Origin: Pseudomonadota bacterium
GTDB taxonomy: Bacteria; Myxococcota; JACRCW01; JAFGSX01
Length of the DNA: 64,000 bases
Reading direction: 5' to 3'
Assembly (NCBI GenBank): GCA_043821645.1
Contig: JBDRCO010000031.1
Coordinates: forward strand, 25,322-89,321
The notes beneath the pieces are model-generated. The model did no database searches. It saw only the letters and a program-made list of their open reading frames with translations, and was not told where the DNA came from. Both the position numbers and the translations under genes were made by a program. Shown in pieces: positions 11,501 to 21,173 of this stretch. Within the stretch, counting starts at the first letter, position 1. Every line of letters begins with the position of its first letter.

Positions 11501-13446
11501 TCACCGGCCCCGAGGACATTCACTACTCGCAGCTGCAAAAGGAGTACGGCGTGATCGAGGGTTGTCGCGATGTGACACCCGCAGCCCCGCCGTCCTGGGA
11601 CGAGGACATCGACGGCGTCTGGGATCCGCTGCTCGACGGTCGGGTGGTCGCCATCGATGGGACCTTCAGCAAGTGCCGGCAGCCCCGCGTGGACTACGTG
11701 GCCTGGAACGATCTACGCATGCCCTCCACCCGCGAGATCGGAGGCGGCTACTACCGCGGCGGTCCGTCGGTGGACCGTCAGAACCGGCTGCGCGTCCCCT
11801 ACGCCTTCGCGTCGGACAACTGGGCCGACCTCGGCAATGCCAGCGTGTATCGCCATGACAACGGTGGTGACCCCTACGAGATCGCGCAGTTCCTGATCAC
11901 GACCCAGGAGAACCGCCACATCCTCGACAACTTCAGGCGCAACCGCACCACCTTTGACGTGCGCGCGGCCAAGAACAGGGGCTACAGCCGCTACAACGAG
12001 AAGCTGCTCGGCCTGGCGAGCGCCCTTGGTTTCTACAGCAACATCTACAAGAACTTCGCGGCCAGCCAGGGCTACACCTTTGACACCCTGTGGCCCTTCA
12101 TCGTGGACTGGCAGGTGCGAGACAACATGATCGCCGCCTCGGTGGTGTTCGATCACTTCGTGCGTCAGCTGGTGCGGCCCGAGGACGGCGAGCACTTTGC
12201 CCTGAGCGCGGGGTACGACGACAAGGTGCTGCGCTCGAGCAAGGACCCCGAGGGCAACGCCGGCGTGACCAAGGTCGTGGTGCCCAACGGCACCACCGGC
12301 TACTTCCGGGACCTCGGCTTCGGCGGTCATCCCCTGGAGAACGCCCTGAGCGAGGACAACGGCGATTTTGACACCGACTACACGATGAATGCGGGCAGCT
12401 ATTACGAGAAGATCAACGTCGCCATCCTGCTCAGCGAGAGCGAGGATCGCTTCATCAGTCAGAGTCGTGGCGACTTCTACGACGCCCGTGGTCGCGCCGC
12501 CGGCATGGCTGACGTGTTCCCCGAGGGCTGGCGCCGCGTGCTGGCCAATGCCCTGACCGGCGACCGCAGCATCATGGCGCCGCAGATCGCCGCCGATGCC
12601 CAGGGCAACCCCTTGCTCGACGTCACCGCGGACACCCGCGTGGACTCCATGGCGCGCTCCTACCCGGCTCGTCCCATCGGCTGGACCAGCTGGTGGCCGC
12701 GCACGGGTCCCATGACCTGCTTCCCCTCCCAGGGGCGCAACGTGTGCGCGCCCTATCGAGGCTTCGCGGGCGCGTTCGACCCCGAGCTGCCGGCCCGTAC
12801 CATAGGCGTGGACCCGCAGATAGGCTGGGAAGTGCAGAAGTTCCTCATCGCCTGGACCCTGGCCTACATCCCGGCCAACCAGCGCACCAGCTGGATAGAC
12901 CTCATGCGCATCTACCGCGTGGGCGAGAACACCTCGCAGGACTTCGAGCAGCGCATCGAGTGGCAGGACCCGGTGAGTGGTCAGCTGTATTACGCGCTGA
13001 GCGTCGGCAGCGAATGTCTGTTCGGCAGTGGCGCGAGCTGCCAGGGTGGCAAGATCGTCGAGAAGGGCATCGCTGCCCGCATCCTCGAATTCGCCAACGC
13101 GTTGACAGCGCGCGGCTTCGAGCTGGACACGGTCAACTACCCGGCCACCAACAAGCGCCCCGCCGGCTTCAATGCTTATGGGCGCGCCATGGTGCAGCAC
13201 CACCCCGATGGCAACCCCGTCGTGATCCCGGACCCAGGTCTGGTGGAGATCACGCCCACCGGAGATAACGGCACGCCACCCGAGGCCTGCAACCAGAACG
13301 AGGACCCGGGCTGCAGGCAGCTCACGATCTTTGACAACCACTGGGCCTACGAGCTGTCCGGCTACAAGTCCGTGCCCGACTACCTGTGGGAGGTCCTGCG
13401 CGTGTACCAGCTCGCCTCTCCAGACCAGCTGGGGCTCTATCCCTGA
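8560..13446 (+). CDS. Large zinc-dependent metalloprotease (metzincin-type), probable lipoprotein
   Basis: GGAGG RBS at 8550-8554 and GTG start; hydrophobic N-terminus ending VRC; HEMGHSVGHRH (HExxHxxGxxH) and Met-turn-like SSVMDY. Confidence 0.85.
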   Translation: MNKVRWLQGGLACVVLLTTVRCAQEREPINRVQANVMPKSFFVGEDLADIADDPEFYLRGTVIDVGYGAAQDGLFTSTYAQPVSRVRWEITENFLNARLAYERIEGTDGKGEKIDGLRKKTSNDGQIVASYRVESHFDIAPAYNPITGEEMNVIEENTSDRPWYERQYLRVDWSMNHATHAYDFDTLAMIGIYGGVQYEPLAFTVQDPNDENAPFVDLDNGYMDVTNKAFATPQLIDLSSLGWGMDKFPACMLPGEFAGGSQPSGNCNPVEITIRQSFKRVHDTDYEPVNYDGIRFQAYGIFNFSYRYGYERNYGMVDDKWFRFAARYNIWERSHYYDDAASMTGPVVCASRETTEIATGNPGADPNRDDNREGTADECEAVTERSSYPGSQCDVFKGRCTLPVRARQPKTIPWYIGGKTDPDLFEATNWATLEWDLSMKTAIQVSRLVECRRTNDGDCSAQYPMWTGQQEDFDEAVKISRELDSCRRANGYSARSCLDEVDRMVAELADERGDANDANARAIGEVVKLQPMFVLCHNPVAATDHPACGVPGLKPRLGDLRYNTVLIIDKPQSPSSWGIMVDADDPVTGEKIAASINIWDHVTDLAVQGLVDLVRYANGELSTEEITNGNYVRDWAAAVRLASGGQGGATLSKNDVNERLAASTKLDGRAFAELTRGGLSAELKMQLRPTYNQAQDVAIRAGTPSVQQNVAQTRMRQARGTHVETELLNPAMLQAAGVPGDLAVDGPVADLTSPLRLNNPQLVSRLRQARENALAARGACILHEAPEPSGISGLADILAKKFPAVAGESDSQQRERYEKMHRYLKRRFQYSVIIHEMGHSVGHRHNFVSSSAPLFYRPQYWQLRTKNGRVTRECTDAVSDGSGCVGPRYYDPITTEEQSQMIWMFMHSSVMDYPGDVSQDTMGLGVWDVAATRMFYGDNAAVYADTARYGAATNVGIGITNATDTFGGLVGIKYMTGGSALTGPEDIHYSQLQKEYGVIEGCRDVTPAAPPSWDEDIDGVWDPLLDGRVVAIDGTFSKCRQPRVDYVAWNDLRMPSTREIGGGYYRGGPSVDRQNRLRVPYAFASDNWADLGNASVYRHDNGGDPYEIAQFLITTQENRHILDNFRRNRTTFDVRAAKNRGYSRYNEKLLGLASALGFYSNIYKNFAASQGYTFDTLWPFIVDWQVRDNMIAASVVFDHFVRQLVRPEDGEHFALSAGYDDKVLRSSKDPEGNAGVTKVVVPNGTTGYFRDLGFGGHPLENALSEDNGDFDTDYTMNAGSYYEKINVAILLSESEDRFISQSRGDFYDARGRAAGMADVFPEGWRRVLANALTGDRSIMAPQIAADAQGNPLLDVTADTRVDSMARSYPARPIGWTSWWPRTGPMTCFPSQGRNVCAPYRGFAGAFDPELPARTIGVDPQIGWEVQKFLIAWTLAYIPANQRTSWIDLMRIYRVGENTSQDFEQRIEWQDPVSGQLYYALSVGSECLFGSGASCQGGKIVEKGIAARILEFANALTARGFELDTVNYPATNKRPAGFNAYGRAMVQHHPDGNPVVIPDPGLVEITPTGDNGTPPEACNQNEDPGCRQLTIFDNHWAYELSGYKSVPDYLWEVLRVYQLASPDQLGLYP

Positions 13447-13510
13447 TTTTGTCGATGTGCGGGAACGACCGGGAGGGGCTGTCCGCTCTCTCCCCGATCG
13501 GAGGCAGAAG

Positions 13511-14512
13511 ATGACACATCGACATGCAAGGCTGGCGCTGGTGCCTCTCGCGGTGCTGCTCCTGGCGGCCACTGCCACAGCCGCGTCCATCGCGGACCAG
13601 GCGACCACCTCGACCTCGCCCTATCGCGACTCGCGGGTGAAGCTGCGCAGCGACGTGCGGGCCACCAGCCTGGTCCAGGGCGCCGAGCTCACCTACAACC
13701 CCTACGTCGCGCTCAATACCGAGATGCGCCTGTCCTGGTGGTTCACGGAGCACCTGTATGCCGTGGGTACCATCGACATCACACGCGAGCTCACCGAGGC
13801 GGACGCCAACACCGCACGCGGAGAGTGGGAGGCCGGTGACGGCGTGATCAACGCCGGGCACGACCTGCTGTGGACGGACCCCTGGCTCGGGCTCGAGTTC
13901 GCGGCCGAGGCCGAGCTCGTGCTGCCCACCAGCAAGGTCGCCTGGGCCCAGACCCTGGTCGCCGAGACCGCAGCCAACCTGAGCGTGAGCCGCAGCTTTG
14001 ACGTGTGGGAGGGCATCATCGTCGGCTACACCCTGCGCCCGGGCAAGGCCTGGCACCGCTACACCACGGCGGAGAACGCGGGCTCGAGCGTCGGCGACTG
14101 TGCCAACTCGGCCGGAGGCTGCGGGCGCTTCGTCAACTCGGGCGAGCGCAACGCCAGCTGGTCCCTGACCAATGATCTGGTGGTGCAGGTCGCCCCCACC
14201 GAGTGGCTCAAGCTCATCGGACGGGTCGGCACGGTCACGGGCTTTCTCTACCCGCGCGCCGAGGTCCCCGGCATCTCGTACCGGGTTGCGGATCCGGTGG
14301 ATGCGCGCTTTCTCAACTACTACCAGCTGGGTGCACGCTTCAATCCGATCAAGGCGCTGGGCATCACGGTGGGCACCAGTACCACCAACCCGCAGCTGGC
14401 ACCGGATGGCGGCTACTACATGCCCTTCTTCAACCGCTACACGCGACTCTTCGTGGACCTGCGCCTGGACCTGGCCGAGTCGGTCAAGCTGGCGCGGCAG
14501 ATAGAGCTGTAG
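13511..14512 (+). CDS. Exported protein, possible outer-membrane beta-barrel
   Basis: Signal peptide MTHRHARLALVPLAVLLLAATATA; many aromatic-rich segments with alternating hydrophobic residues; C-terminal YTRLFVDLRLDL strand. Confidence 0.6.
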   Translation: MTHRHARLALVPLAVLLLAATATAASIADQATTSTSPYRDSRVKLRSDVRATSLVQGAELTYNPYVALNTEMRLSWWFTEHLYAVGTIDITRELTEADANTARGEWEAGDGVINAGHDLLWTDPWLGLEFAAEAELVLPTSKVAWAQTLVAETAANLSVSRSFDVWEGIIVGYTLRPGKAWHRYTTAENAGSSVGDCANSAGGCGRFVNSGERNASWSLTNDLVVQVAPTEWLKLIGRVGTVTGFLYPRAEVPGISYRVADPVDARFLNYYQLGARFNPIKALGITVGTSTTNPQLAPDGGYYMPFFNRYTRLFVDLRLDLAESVKLARQIEL

Positions 14513-14544
14513 ACCGCCCTGCGCTGCCACCCACCAGTGTTCGA

Positions 14545-15558
14545 TCAGCAGATTCGCGGTAGCGGATCTTCCATGGGCAGGACGAACAGCCGCTGCGTGC
14601 CCGCCTCGGTGGCCAGCACCACCTGACCTGCCGGACCGCCTGCGACGGATCCGACCACGGCAGCCTGTCGGCCGTCGTCGAGTCCATGCCAGCGGGTCAG
14701 CGCCTCGTTGGCCTGGTCGGCGGCCACGACTGCCAGCACGCGCCCTTCGCAGGGCAGCAGCAAGGGATCCAGGCCCGCGAGTTCACACACGGCCCGCGTC
14801 GAGGGACGTACCGGAATCTGACGCAGATCGAGGTGCACGGCACATCGAGCACCGTCAGCGATTTCCGTCGTCACTCCGCCCAGTCCGCCGCGAGTGGGGT
14901 CGCGCAGGAAGTGCAGCGCTGGACCGAGGTCGACGAGCGCCGCGCACAGTTCGTGCACGGGGGCGCAGTCGCTTTCGACGCCTCGCGCCTGCCCGAGCTG
15001 GCCCCGAGCGACCAGGATGGCGGCACCGTGATCGCCGATGGGCCCTGACACCAGCAGGCGGTCGCCTTCCACCACGCGATGCAGACCCAGGTCGAGGCCC
15101 GGTGCCACCTCGCCGATCCCCGCGGTGTTGATGAACAGGCCGTCGACCTGTCCGCGAGGGACGACCTTGGTGTCGCCACACACCACCTCGACCCCGGCGG
15201 CCCTGGCGGCCAGGCTCACGGCGTCGAGGATGCGCCGCAGCTCGTCGAGGGACAGGCCTTCTTCGGCGATGAGGGCCAGGGACAGGTGGCGTGGCCGCGC
15301 CCCGCAACACGCGAGATCGTTGACCGTGCCATTGACCGCCAGGCTCCCGATGCATCCGCCCTCGAAGAAGCGCGGCTGCACCACGAAGCTGTCCGTGGTG
15401 AAAGCGAGCCTGCGCCCAGCGAACTCGAGAACTGCGCCGTCACCCAGGGCGCGCAGTACCGGATTGTCCAGACGTGGCAAGAGCTCGTGCTGGATGAAGT
15501 CACGAGCGAGCTGGCCACCGCCGCCGTGGCCGAGACGCAGCTCCTGTGGCGTCGTCAT
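14545..15558 (-). CDS. hypE: Hydrogenase maturation carbamoyl dehydratase HypE
   Basis: GHGGGG, FTTDSFVV, GTVNDL, GDTKVV, RDPTRGG, C-terminal PRIC. Confidence 0.97.
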   Translation of the reverse strand: MTTPQELRLGHGGGGQLARDFIQHELLPRLDNPVLRALGDGAVLEFAGRRLAFTTDSFVVQPRFFEGGCIGSLAVNGTVNDLACCGARPRHLSLALIAEEGLSLDELRRILDAVSLAARAAGVEVVCGDTKVVPRGQVDGLFINTAGIGEVAPGLDLGLHRVVEGDRLLVSGPIGDHGAAILVARGQLGQARGVESDCAPVHELCAALVDLGPALHFLRDPTRGGLGGVTTEIADGARCAVHLDLRQIPVRPSTRAVCELAGLDPLLLPCEGRVLAVVAADQANEALTRWHGLDDGRQAAVVGSVAGGPAGQVVLATEAGTQRLFVLPMEDPLPRIC

Positions 15559-16664
15559 GCAGGGACCTCGCTGGCAGGCCGTATCCCGCCCGCTCCGTGC
15601 TCGTGACAGATCCGGCAGCTGCCTTCGTGCGAGACCATGCAGGGGCCAACCGGGTGCTCTGGTGCGCAACGCTGTCCGTACAGCGGGCAGTCCCGTGGTT
15701 GTGCCCTGCCAAGAAGCACGCTTCCGCAGATGCACCCCGTGGGCAGGGCTTCCTCGTCGCTGGCCGGGAGCAGGGCGAAGCGCCTCCGGGCGTCGACAGA
15801 TGCCAGGGCCGGCCGCAGCGCAAGCCCCGAATTCTGGATGACGCCAATGCCGCGCCAGACCGCCGTGCTCGGCTCGAAGGCCTGCTCGAGCACGCGCAAG
15901 GCTGCGGCGTTACCCTCGGCGCGCACGAGTCCCGGGTAGGTGTTGGTGCAGCCCGGGCGCCCGCCCACCACTTGCTCGACGAGGTCCAGCAACCCGTGGA
16001 GAAGCTGAACCGGCTCGAAACCAGCCACGGCCATGGGGGACGAACTCAGGTCCCCGCGGGAGGAGAAGGGCTGCAGCCCGATGATGGTGCACACGTGCCC
16101 GGGGAGCACGAAGCCATCGACAGCGGCGCCCCTGGCGACGAGATAGGACAGGGCTGCCGGCACGGTGCGGATGGCGGTGAGCAAGCTGAAGTTGGGCGGG
16201 GGATCGTCGAGCGCCGCGTGAGCGAAGGTGCAGGCTGTGGTCTCGAAGCCCACCGCGAAGAATACGACCTCGCGCCGCGGGTTCTTGCGTGCCAGCAGCA
16301 CGGCGTCGCGCACGCTGCTGACCACCCGCACGTCGTGGCCTTTGGCCCGGGCGTCGGCCAGGGTGTGGTGGGCGGCGGGGACGCGCAGCATGTCGCCGAA
16401 GCTGGCGACGATGGCGCCTTGTTCCGCCAGGGAGATGGCCTGGGCAATGTCCTGGGCTGGACACACGCACACGGGACAACCCGGCCCGGCCACGATCTCC
16501 ATCCCCGGTGGCAGCAGTTCCCGCAGCGCGTAGCGGCACACCGTGGCCTCGTGGGTGCCGCAGATGTGCATGAAGCGCAGACGGCGACCCTGCCCCACTG
16601 TGGCGAGAAGCTGCGCCATCTCGCGGAGCATCGAGGCATCGCGAAGCGTCGGCCCTGTGCTCAT
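15555..16664 (-). CDS. hypD: Hydrogenase formation protein HypD
   Basis: CGTH, GPGCPVC, GFETT, PGHV, C-terminal Cys cluster ending CMVSHEGSC. Confidence 0.97.
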   Translation of the reverse strand: MSTGPTLRDASMLREMAQLLATVGQGRRLRFMHICGTHEATVCRYALRELLPPGMEIVAGPGCPVCVCPAQDIAQAISLAEQGAIVASFGDMLRVPAAHHTLADARAKGHDVRVVSSVRDAVLLARKNPRREVVFFAVGFETTACTFAHAALDDPPPNFSLLTAIRTVPAALSYLVARGAAVDGFVLPGHVCTIIGLQPFSSRGDLSSSPMAVAGFEPVQLLHGLLDLVEQVVGGRPGCTNTYPGLVRAEGNAAALRVLEQAFEPSTAVWRGIGVIQNSGLALRPALASVDARRRFALLPASDEEALPTGCICGSVLLGRAQPRDCPLYGQRCAPEHPVGPCMVSHEGSCRICHEHGAGGIRPASEVPA

Positions 16665-16891
16665 CCCGACACCTGGCGCAGGTGCAGCAGCTCGCGCAGC
16701 AACTGCAAGGTGTCGCGGGCCTCATCCTCGTCGATCTTCTGGATCGCGTAGCCCGCGTGCACGAGCACGAACTCGCCGACCCGCGGATCCTCGACCAGAG
16801 CGAGGGATACCTCGAGCTCGAGGCCTCCGCTCTCGACCACACCCGTCGAGTCCTGCAGGCGCAGGATGCGCATGGGCACTCCCAGGCACAT
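16661..16891 (-). CDS. hypC: HypC/HybG/HupF chaperone
   Basis: MCLGVP N-terminus; VLVHAGYAI. Confidence 0.97.
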   Translation of the reverse strand: MCLGVPMRILRLQDSTGVVESGGLELEVSLALVEDPRVGEFVLVHAGYAIQKIDEDEARDTLQLLRELLHLRQVSG

Positions 16892-16893
16892 GT

Positions 16894-19191
16894 TCAGCCT
16901 CCGGGCTCAGCCGCAGCGTCGATCTGGGCCGCTGCCAGCGCAAGCTGTCCAATGCACAGGCCGCCATCGCCAGGCGGCAGACGTCGAGGACGAAGCACCC
17001 TGAAGCCCACTCCCTGCAACCTCGTGAGGGCCTGGTCGAGCAGGATACGGTTGGCGAAGCTGCCACCGCCCAGCGCCACGGTCCGCAACCGGTGACGCTC
17101 GCCGAGAGCCTGGCACATGTCGACCAGGCCAGCGACCAGGGCGCCATGAAAGCGCGCGCTCACCTGGTCCGCGGGCACCCCGCGCGCCGTGTCGTCGAGA
17201 ATGGCCTCGAACAGCGGGGCCGTGTCCAGCTCCAGCAGCGCCCCTCTGCGGAGGGGCAGTGGATAGCCGCCTTGCACCTGGCCACCGGCCGCGGCCTCCA
17301 GCAATGCGGCGCTCTGGGCCTCGTAGCTGTTGTGTCGGCACCCGCAGACCAGCGCCGCCACGGCGTCGAACAGCCGGCCCATGCTGGACGTTGGTGTCAC
17401 GGCCGGGGCTGTGGTGAGCAGTGCCAGCAGACCGTCGCGCTGGGAATCCTCCACGGCATCGAGGTCGGCGGCGACCGCGGCGGCGCGTGCAGGTCCCAGC
17501 AGATGGGCCACGTGTGCCAGGGCAGCGCGCCAGGGCTGCCGCGCCACGAGATCCCCGCCAGGCAGGGGCACCGTCGCGACGCGCCCCACGCGCTCCAGGG
17601 CCTGTGGCGGGCCCGCAAAGAACTCGGCACCCCAGGCTGTTCCGTCGTCACCGAGACCGAATCCGTCCCAGGCCACGCCGATGCAGGGCTCCCAGACCTC
17701 GTTGTCGACGAGCACGGCCGCCACGTGTGCGCGGTGGTGCTGGACGGACAGCACCTCGAGTCCGCTCTCCCGCTCGGCCCAGCGAGAACTCAGCAGGTCC
17801 GGGTGCAGGTCGCGCACGACGATGCTGGGATCCAATCCGCTGAGCCGCAGCAAGGCCTCGAGGGTTTGCTCGAAGCAGGTCAGGCTCGCCGGGCTGCCAA
17901 GGGTCCCCACGTGCGGGCTGAGCACGACACGTCGCCCACTCGCCACGGCCAGGGCGAGCTTGAGCTCGGCCCCGACCGCGAGCAGGGGCGGCGAGGACAA
18001 GGGCAGCGTGAACTCCCAGGGCGTCAGGCCCCGGGCTCGGCGCAGCACCAGGGGTCCCGATGCGGTGGGGCGCAGCAGGGAATCATCCAGCCGCTGCACG
18101 ATGGTCCGGTCGTGCGAGAGTACCTTGTCCGCCAGCGGACCCAGCCTTGCCGCCAGGTCGTCACCGTCGCTCACCAGGGGATCCCCGTCGAGGTTGGCGC
18201 TGGTCAGCACCAGGGCGCACAGAGGCAGGTCGCGCAGGGCGTGCAGCAACAGGTGATGCAGGGGAGTGTAGGCCAGCAGGATGCCGTGCTCACCGAGCTG
18301 TGGAGCCACGGCAGGAGCCAGCGGATCCGGGCGACGCTTGGGCAGCACCAGGATGGGAGCACTCGGATCCCTGAGCAGCTCGGCGTCGCTGCCATCCAGG
18401 GTCACGATCTGCCGGGCGACCTCGAGATCCGGGACCAGCACGGCCAGAGGTCTTGCCTCGCGTCCCTTGCGCATGCGCAGGCGCTGCACGGCCTCGTTGT
18501 CGTCGGCACGGCAGGCCAGGTGGAATCCCCCGAGGCCCTTGAGGGCGACGATCTCGCCCTCGCGCAGTGCCCTCGCCGCTGCCTCCAGGGGATCCTCGAC
18601 GTCCAGGGGATCCAGCGTCGCACTCAACCATTGCAGCCGTGGTCCACAGGCCGGACAGGCCACGGGCTGGGCGTGAAATCGGCGGTCGTCCGGATCGCTG
18701 TACTCGCGGGCGCAGTCCGCGCACAGCGCGAAGCCCCCCATGCTGGTGCTGGCCCTGTCATAGGGCAGGGCGCGCAGGATCGTGTACCTCGGTCCGCAGT
18801 CCGTGCAGTTGCCAAAGGCATGGCGGTGTCGACGGTCGCTGGGGTCGAGCACCTCGGCCAGGCAGGCCCGGCAGGTGGCTGCCTCGACCGGAATGCGGGC
18901 GCTGGGCGAGGCCGCCACCTCGCTGCGGCGGATCTCGAAGCCGGCATCGCGGCTGTCCTCGATCGGCCGTCGCTCGACGCTGTTGACGCGTGCCAGGGGG
19001 GGCAGCCTCGCCAGTAGGTCGTGCTCGAAGGCTGCGATCTGCACGCCCTCGCCCTGGACCTCGACCTCGACGCCGGTGGCGATGTTGCGTACAAAGCCCT
19101 GCAGTCCATGCGCCCGCGCCTGGCGCCATACGTGCGGTCTGAAGCCGACCCCCTGCACGGCACCCTGGATGTGCAGCGCTACGCGCATCAT
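16894..19191 (-). CDS. hypF: Carbamoyltransferase HypF
   Basis: Acylphosphatase GAVQGVGFRP, CxxC zinc fingers (NCTDCGPRY, RFHAQPVACPACGP), KGLGGFHLAC, QHHRAH, TSSMGRLFDA; ATGA overlap with hypB. Confidence 0.97.
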   Translation of the reverse strand: MMRVALHIQGAVQGVGFRPHVWRQARAHGLQGFVRNIATGVEVEVQGEGVQIAAFEHDLLARLPPLARVNSVERRPIEDSRDAGFEIRRSEVAASPSARIPVEAATCRACLAEVLDPSDRRHRHAFGNCTDCGPRYTILRALPYDRASTSMGGFALCADCAREYSDPDDRRFHAQPVACPACGPRLQWLSATLDPLDVEDPLEAAARALREGEIVALKGLGGFHLACRADDNEAVQRLRMRKGREARPLAVLVPDLEVARQIVTLDGSDAELLRDPSAPILVLPKRRPDPLAPAVAPQLGEHGILLAYTPLHHLLLHALRDLPLCALVLTSANLDGDPLVSDGDDLAARLGPLADKVLSHDRTIVQRLDDSLLRPTASGPLVLRRARGLTPWEFTLPLSSPPLLAVGAELKLALAVASGRRVVLSPHVGTLGSPASLTCFEQTLEALLRLSGLDPSIVVRDLHPDLLSSRWAERESGLEVLSVQHHRAHVAAVLVDNEVWEPCIGVAWDGFGLGDDGTAWGAEFFAGPPQALERVGRVATVPLPGGDLVARQPWRAALAHVAHLLGPARAAAVAADLDAVEDSQRDGLLALLTTAPAVTPTSSMGRLFDAVAALVCGCRHNSYEAQSAALLEAAAGGQVQGGYPLPLRRGALLELDTAPLFEAILDDTARGVPADQVSARFHGALVAGLVDMCQALGERHRLRTVALGGGSFANRILLDQALTRLQGVGFRVLRPRRLPPGDGGLCIGQLALAAAQIDAAAEPGG

Positions 19192-19847
19192 CCCTCTCGC
19201 GAGGTCACGAAGGCATCCAGCCAGGCGATCCAGGCCTCGAAGCCCAGCGCCGTGCGGCATGACAGGGGCAGCATCCGCATCCCCGGGTGAATGTCCTGCA
19301 CCCGCGCCAGGTATGCGTCCTGGTCGAAGTCGACATGGGGCGAAAGGTCGGTCTTGTTGAGCACCAGCACACTCGCCTCGCGGAACATCAGCGGATACTT
19401 GAGCGGCTTGTCATCGCCCTCGGTGACCGACGCCACCATGACCTTGTGTGCCTCGCCGACCCGAAACTCGGCCGGGCACACCAGGTTGCCGACATTCTCG
19501 ACGATCAGCAGATCCAGGGCGTCCAGGTCCAGGTGGGGCAGGGCAGCGCGCACCATGTTTCCGTCGAGGTGACAGGCGCCGCCAGTGTTGATCTGCACGG
19601 CCTGCACGCCCGCGGCTTGCAGCCTTTCGGCATCGACACTGCTCTGCACATCGCCTTCGATCACGGCCCAGCGGGGCGCACGCTGCCAGCGTCGGGCGGT
19701 CTCGACCAGCAGGCTGGTCTTGCCCGCACCAGGAGCCCCCATGAGGTTCAGCACGCGCACACCGTGGTGCGCGAACAGAGCCGCGTTCTCGTCGGCGATG
19801 CGGTCGCTGGCCTCGAGGATATTGCGGACCACCGGGACCTTGACCAT
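19188..19847 (-). CDS. hypB: Hydrogenase nickel incorporation GTPase HypB
   Basis: GAPGAGKT, TGGACHLD, ENVGNLVCPA, DKPLKYP, NKTD. Confidence 0.97.
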   Translation of the reverse strand: MVKVPVVRNILEASDRIADENAALFAHHGVRVLNLMGAPGAGKTSLLVETARRWQRAPRWAVIEGDVQSSVDAERLQAAGVQAVQINTGGACHLDGNMVRAALPHLDLDALDLLIVENVGNLVCPAEFRVGEAHKVMVASVTEGDDKPLKYPLMFREASVLVLNKTDLSPHVDFDQDAYLARVQDIHPGMRMLPLSCRTALGFEAWIAWLDAFVTSREG

Positions 19848-19848
19848 C

Positions 19849-20202
19849 TCATGCCTCCGCGAGGTCGAGGTCCAGCTCGACCAGCTGCAGCTCGTGCCCC
19901 CCCACCACATCGACGTCGGCACCGCCGCAGCCCGCGCAGCGATAGCTCCACGCCGGCGGCTCGCTACGCAGACCGCAGCTCCGGCAGTCCACGGTCAGCG
20001 CAACATCCTCGATGTCGACCTGCACGCCCTCGGCTGGGCCACCGCAGGCCAGGTGCTCGATGGCGAAGCGCAGGGATTCCACCTCGACGTTGGCCGCGAC
20101 GCCGACGCGCAGACGGAGCTGGCAGATGCGCCGGGCGGCTCGGGACGCGGCTTCCTGCAAGGCGCACTCCAGGATGACCTGAGCCAGGGAAGCCTCGTGC
20201 AT
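19849..20202 (-). CDS. hypA: Nickel metallochaperone HypA
   Basis: MHEASLA start; two CxxC motifs (CRSC, CAGC); GHEL. Confidence 0.95.
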   Translation of the reverse strand: MHEASLAQVILECALQEAASRAARRICQLRLRVGVAANVEVESLRFAIEHLACGGPAEGVQVDIEDVALTVDCRSCGLRSEPPAWSYRCAGCGGADVDVVGGHELQLVELDLDLAEA

Positions 20203-20384
20203 GGCGAACCCTCGAAGTTGCTGCACGCTAGCACACAGATCACCGAGGTCACGCGCTGTCCACGTGCGGCGTGACCTGGTCGGACATCCGGGCTAAGGTC
20301 GGGCGGTCCTGGCGGGCCGCTGTGGCACGTCCGAGGATCGCGGGCGAGGGTGGTCGTCGACGTCACCCGGCCCCTGGAGCTGGC

Positions 20385-21173
20385 ATGCGCACCATCACCT
20401 TCGCATCGATCAAGGGTGGGGTCGGAAAAACCACGATGTCCGTGCATACGGCCGCAGGCCTGGCGGACCTCGGGCATCGCACCCTGCTCATCGACCTCGA
20501 TCCCCAGGGCCACGCCAGCACCATGGCGGGCTTCGAGATCGGTCCCGACGACGCGTGTGCCGCGGATGGCTTCGGTCAGACCCCGCGCGTGCCCTTTTCC
20601 CGGGTGGTGCAGGAGACCTCGCGCAAGAACCTGTGGGTGGCGCCGGCGGGCCCGCGCATGGCCGGTCTCGAGCGCGAGCTGTTCCGCTGGGGGCACAGGT
20701 TGCAGGCCGTGACCCGCGCCGTGCAGGAGCTGCGTCTGGATCTCGACGCCGTGGTGGTGGACACGCCGCCCCAGCTCAATGCCTTCACCGAGGCCGCTCT
20801 TGCCGCCGGTGACCTGGTGGTGGTGCCGGTGCCGGCCATGGCCCACGCACTGCAAGGCTTCGACGAGATTCACGCGGCCTGGGCCGACGCCAGCGACGGC
20901 CGCGGGGCAAGCATGATAGGCGCCATCAACATGTGGGATCGCCGTACCACGGCCACCAACTCGGCCATGGAAGACGCCTTCAAGGAGCTCCCGGTCAAGC
21001 TGACCCGGACTCGCATTCCGCGGAACGAGGCGCTCAACCAGGCCGGTCTGGGCTACGAGCTGGTGTACGAATTCTCTCGGCAGAGCGCCGCGGTAGGGAG
21101 CTTCAGGGACCTGGTCAAGGAGCTGTGGCGGCTCGCGGGCAAGCCGAGCGCACGTCCCGGGAGGAAATCATGA
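20385..21173 (+). CDS. ParA/Soj-family ATPase (no adjacent parB)
   Basis: KGGVGKTT deviant Walker A, IDLDPQG, VVDTPP. Confidence 0.9.
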   Translation: MRTITFASIKGGVGKTTMSVHTAAGLADLGHRTLLIDLDPQGHASTMAGFEIGPDDACAADGFGQTPRVPFSRVVQETSRKNLWVAPAGPRMAGLERELFRWGHRLQAVTRAVQELRLDLDAVVVDTPPQLNAFTEAALAAGDLVVVPVPAMAHALQGFDEIHAAWADASDGRGASMIGAINMWDRRTTATNSAMEDAFKELPVKLTRTRIPRNEALNQAGLGYELVYEFSRQSAAVGSFRDLVKELWRLAGKPSARPGRKS

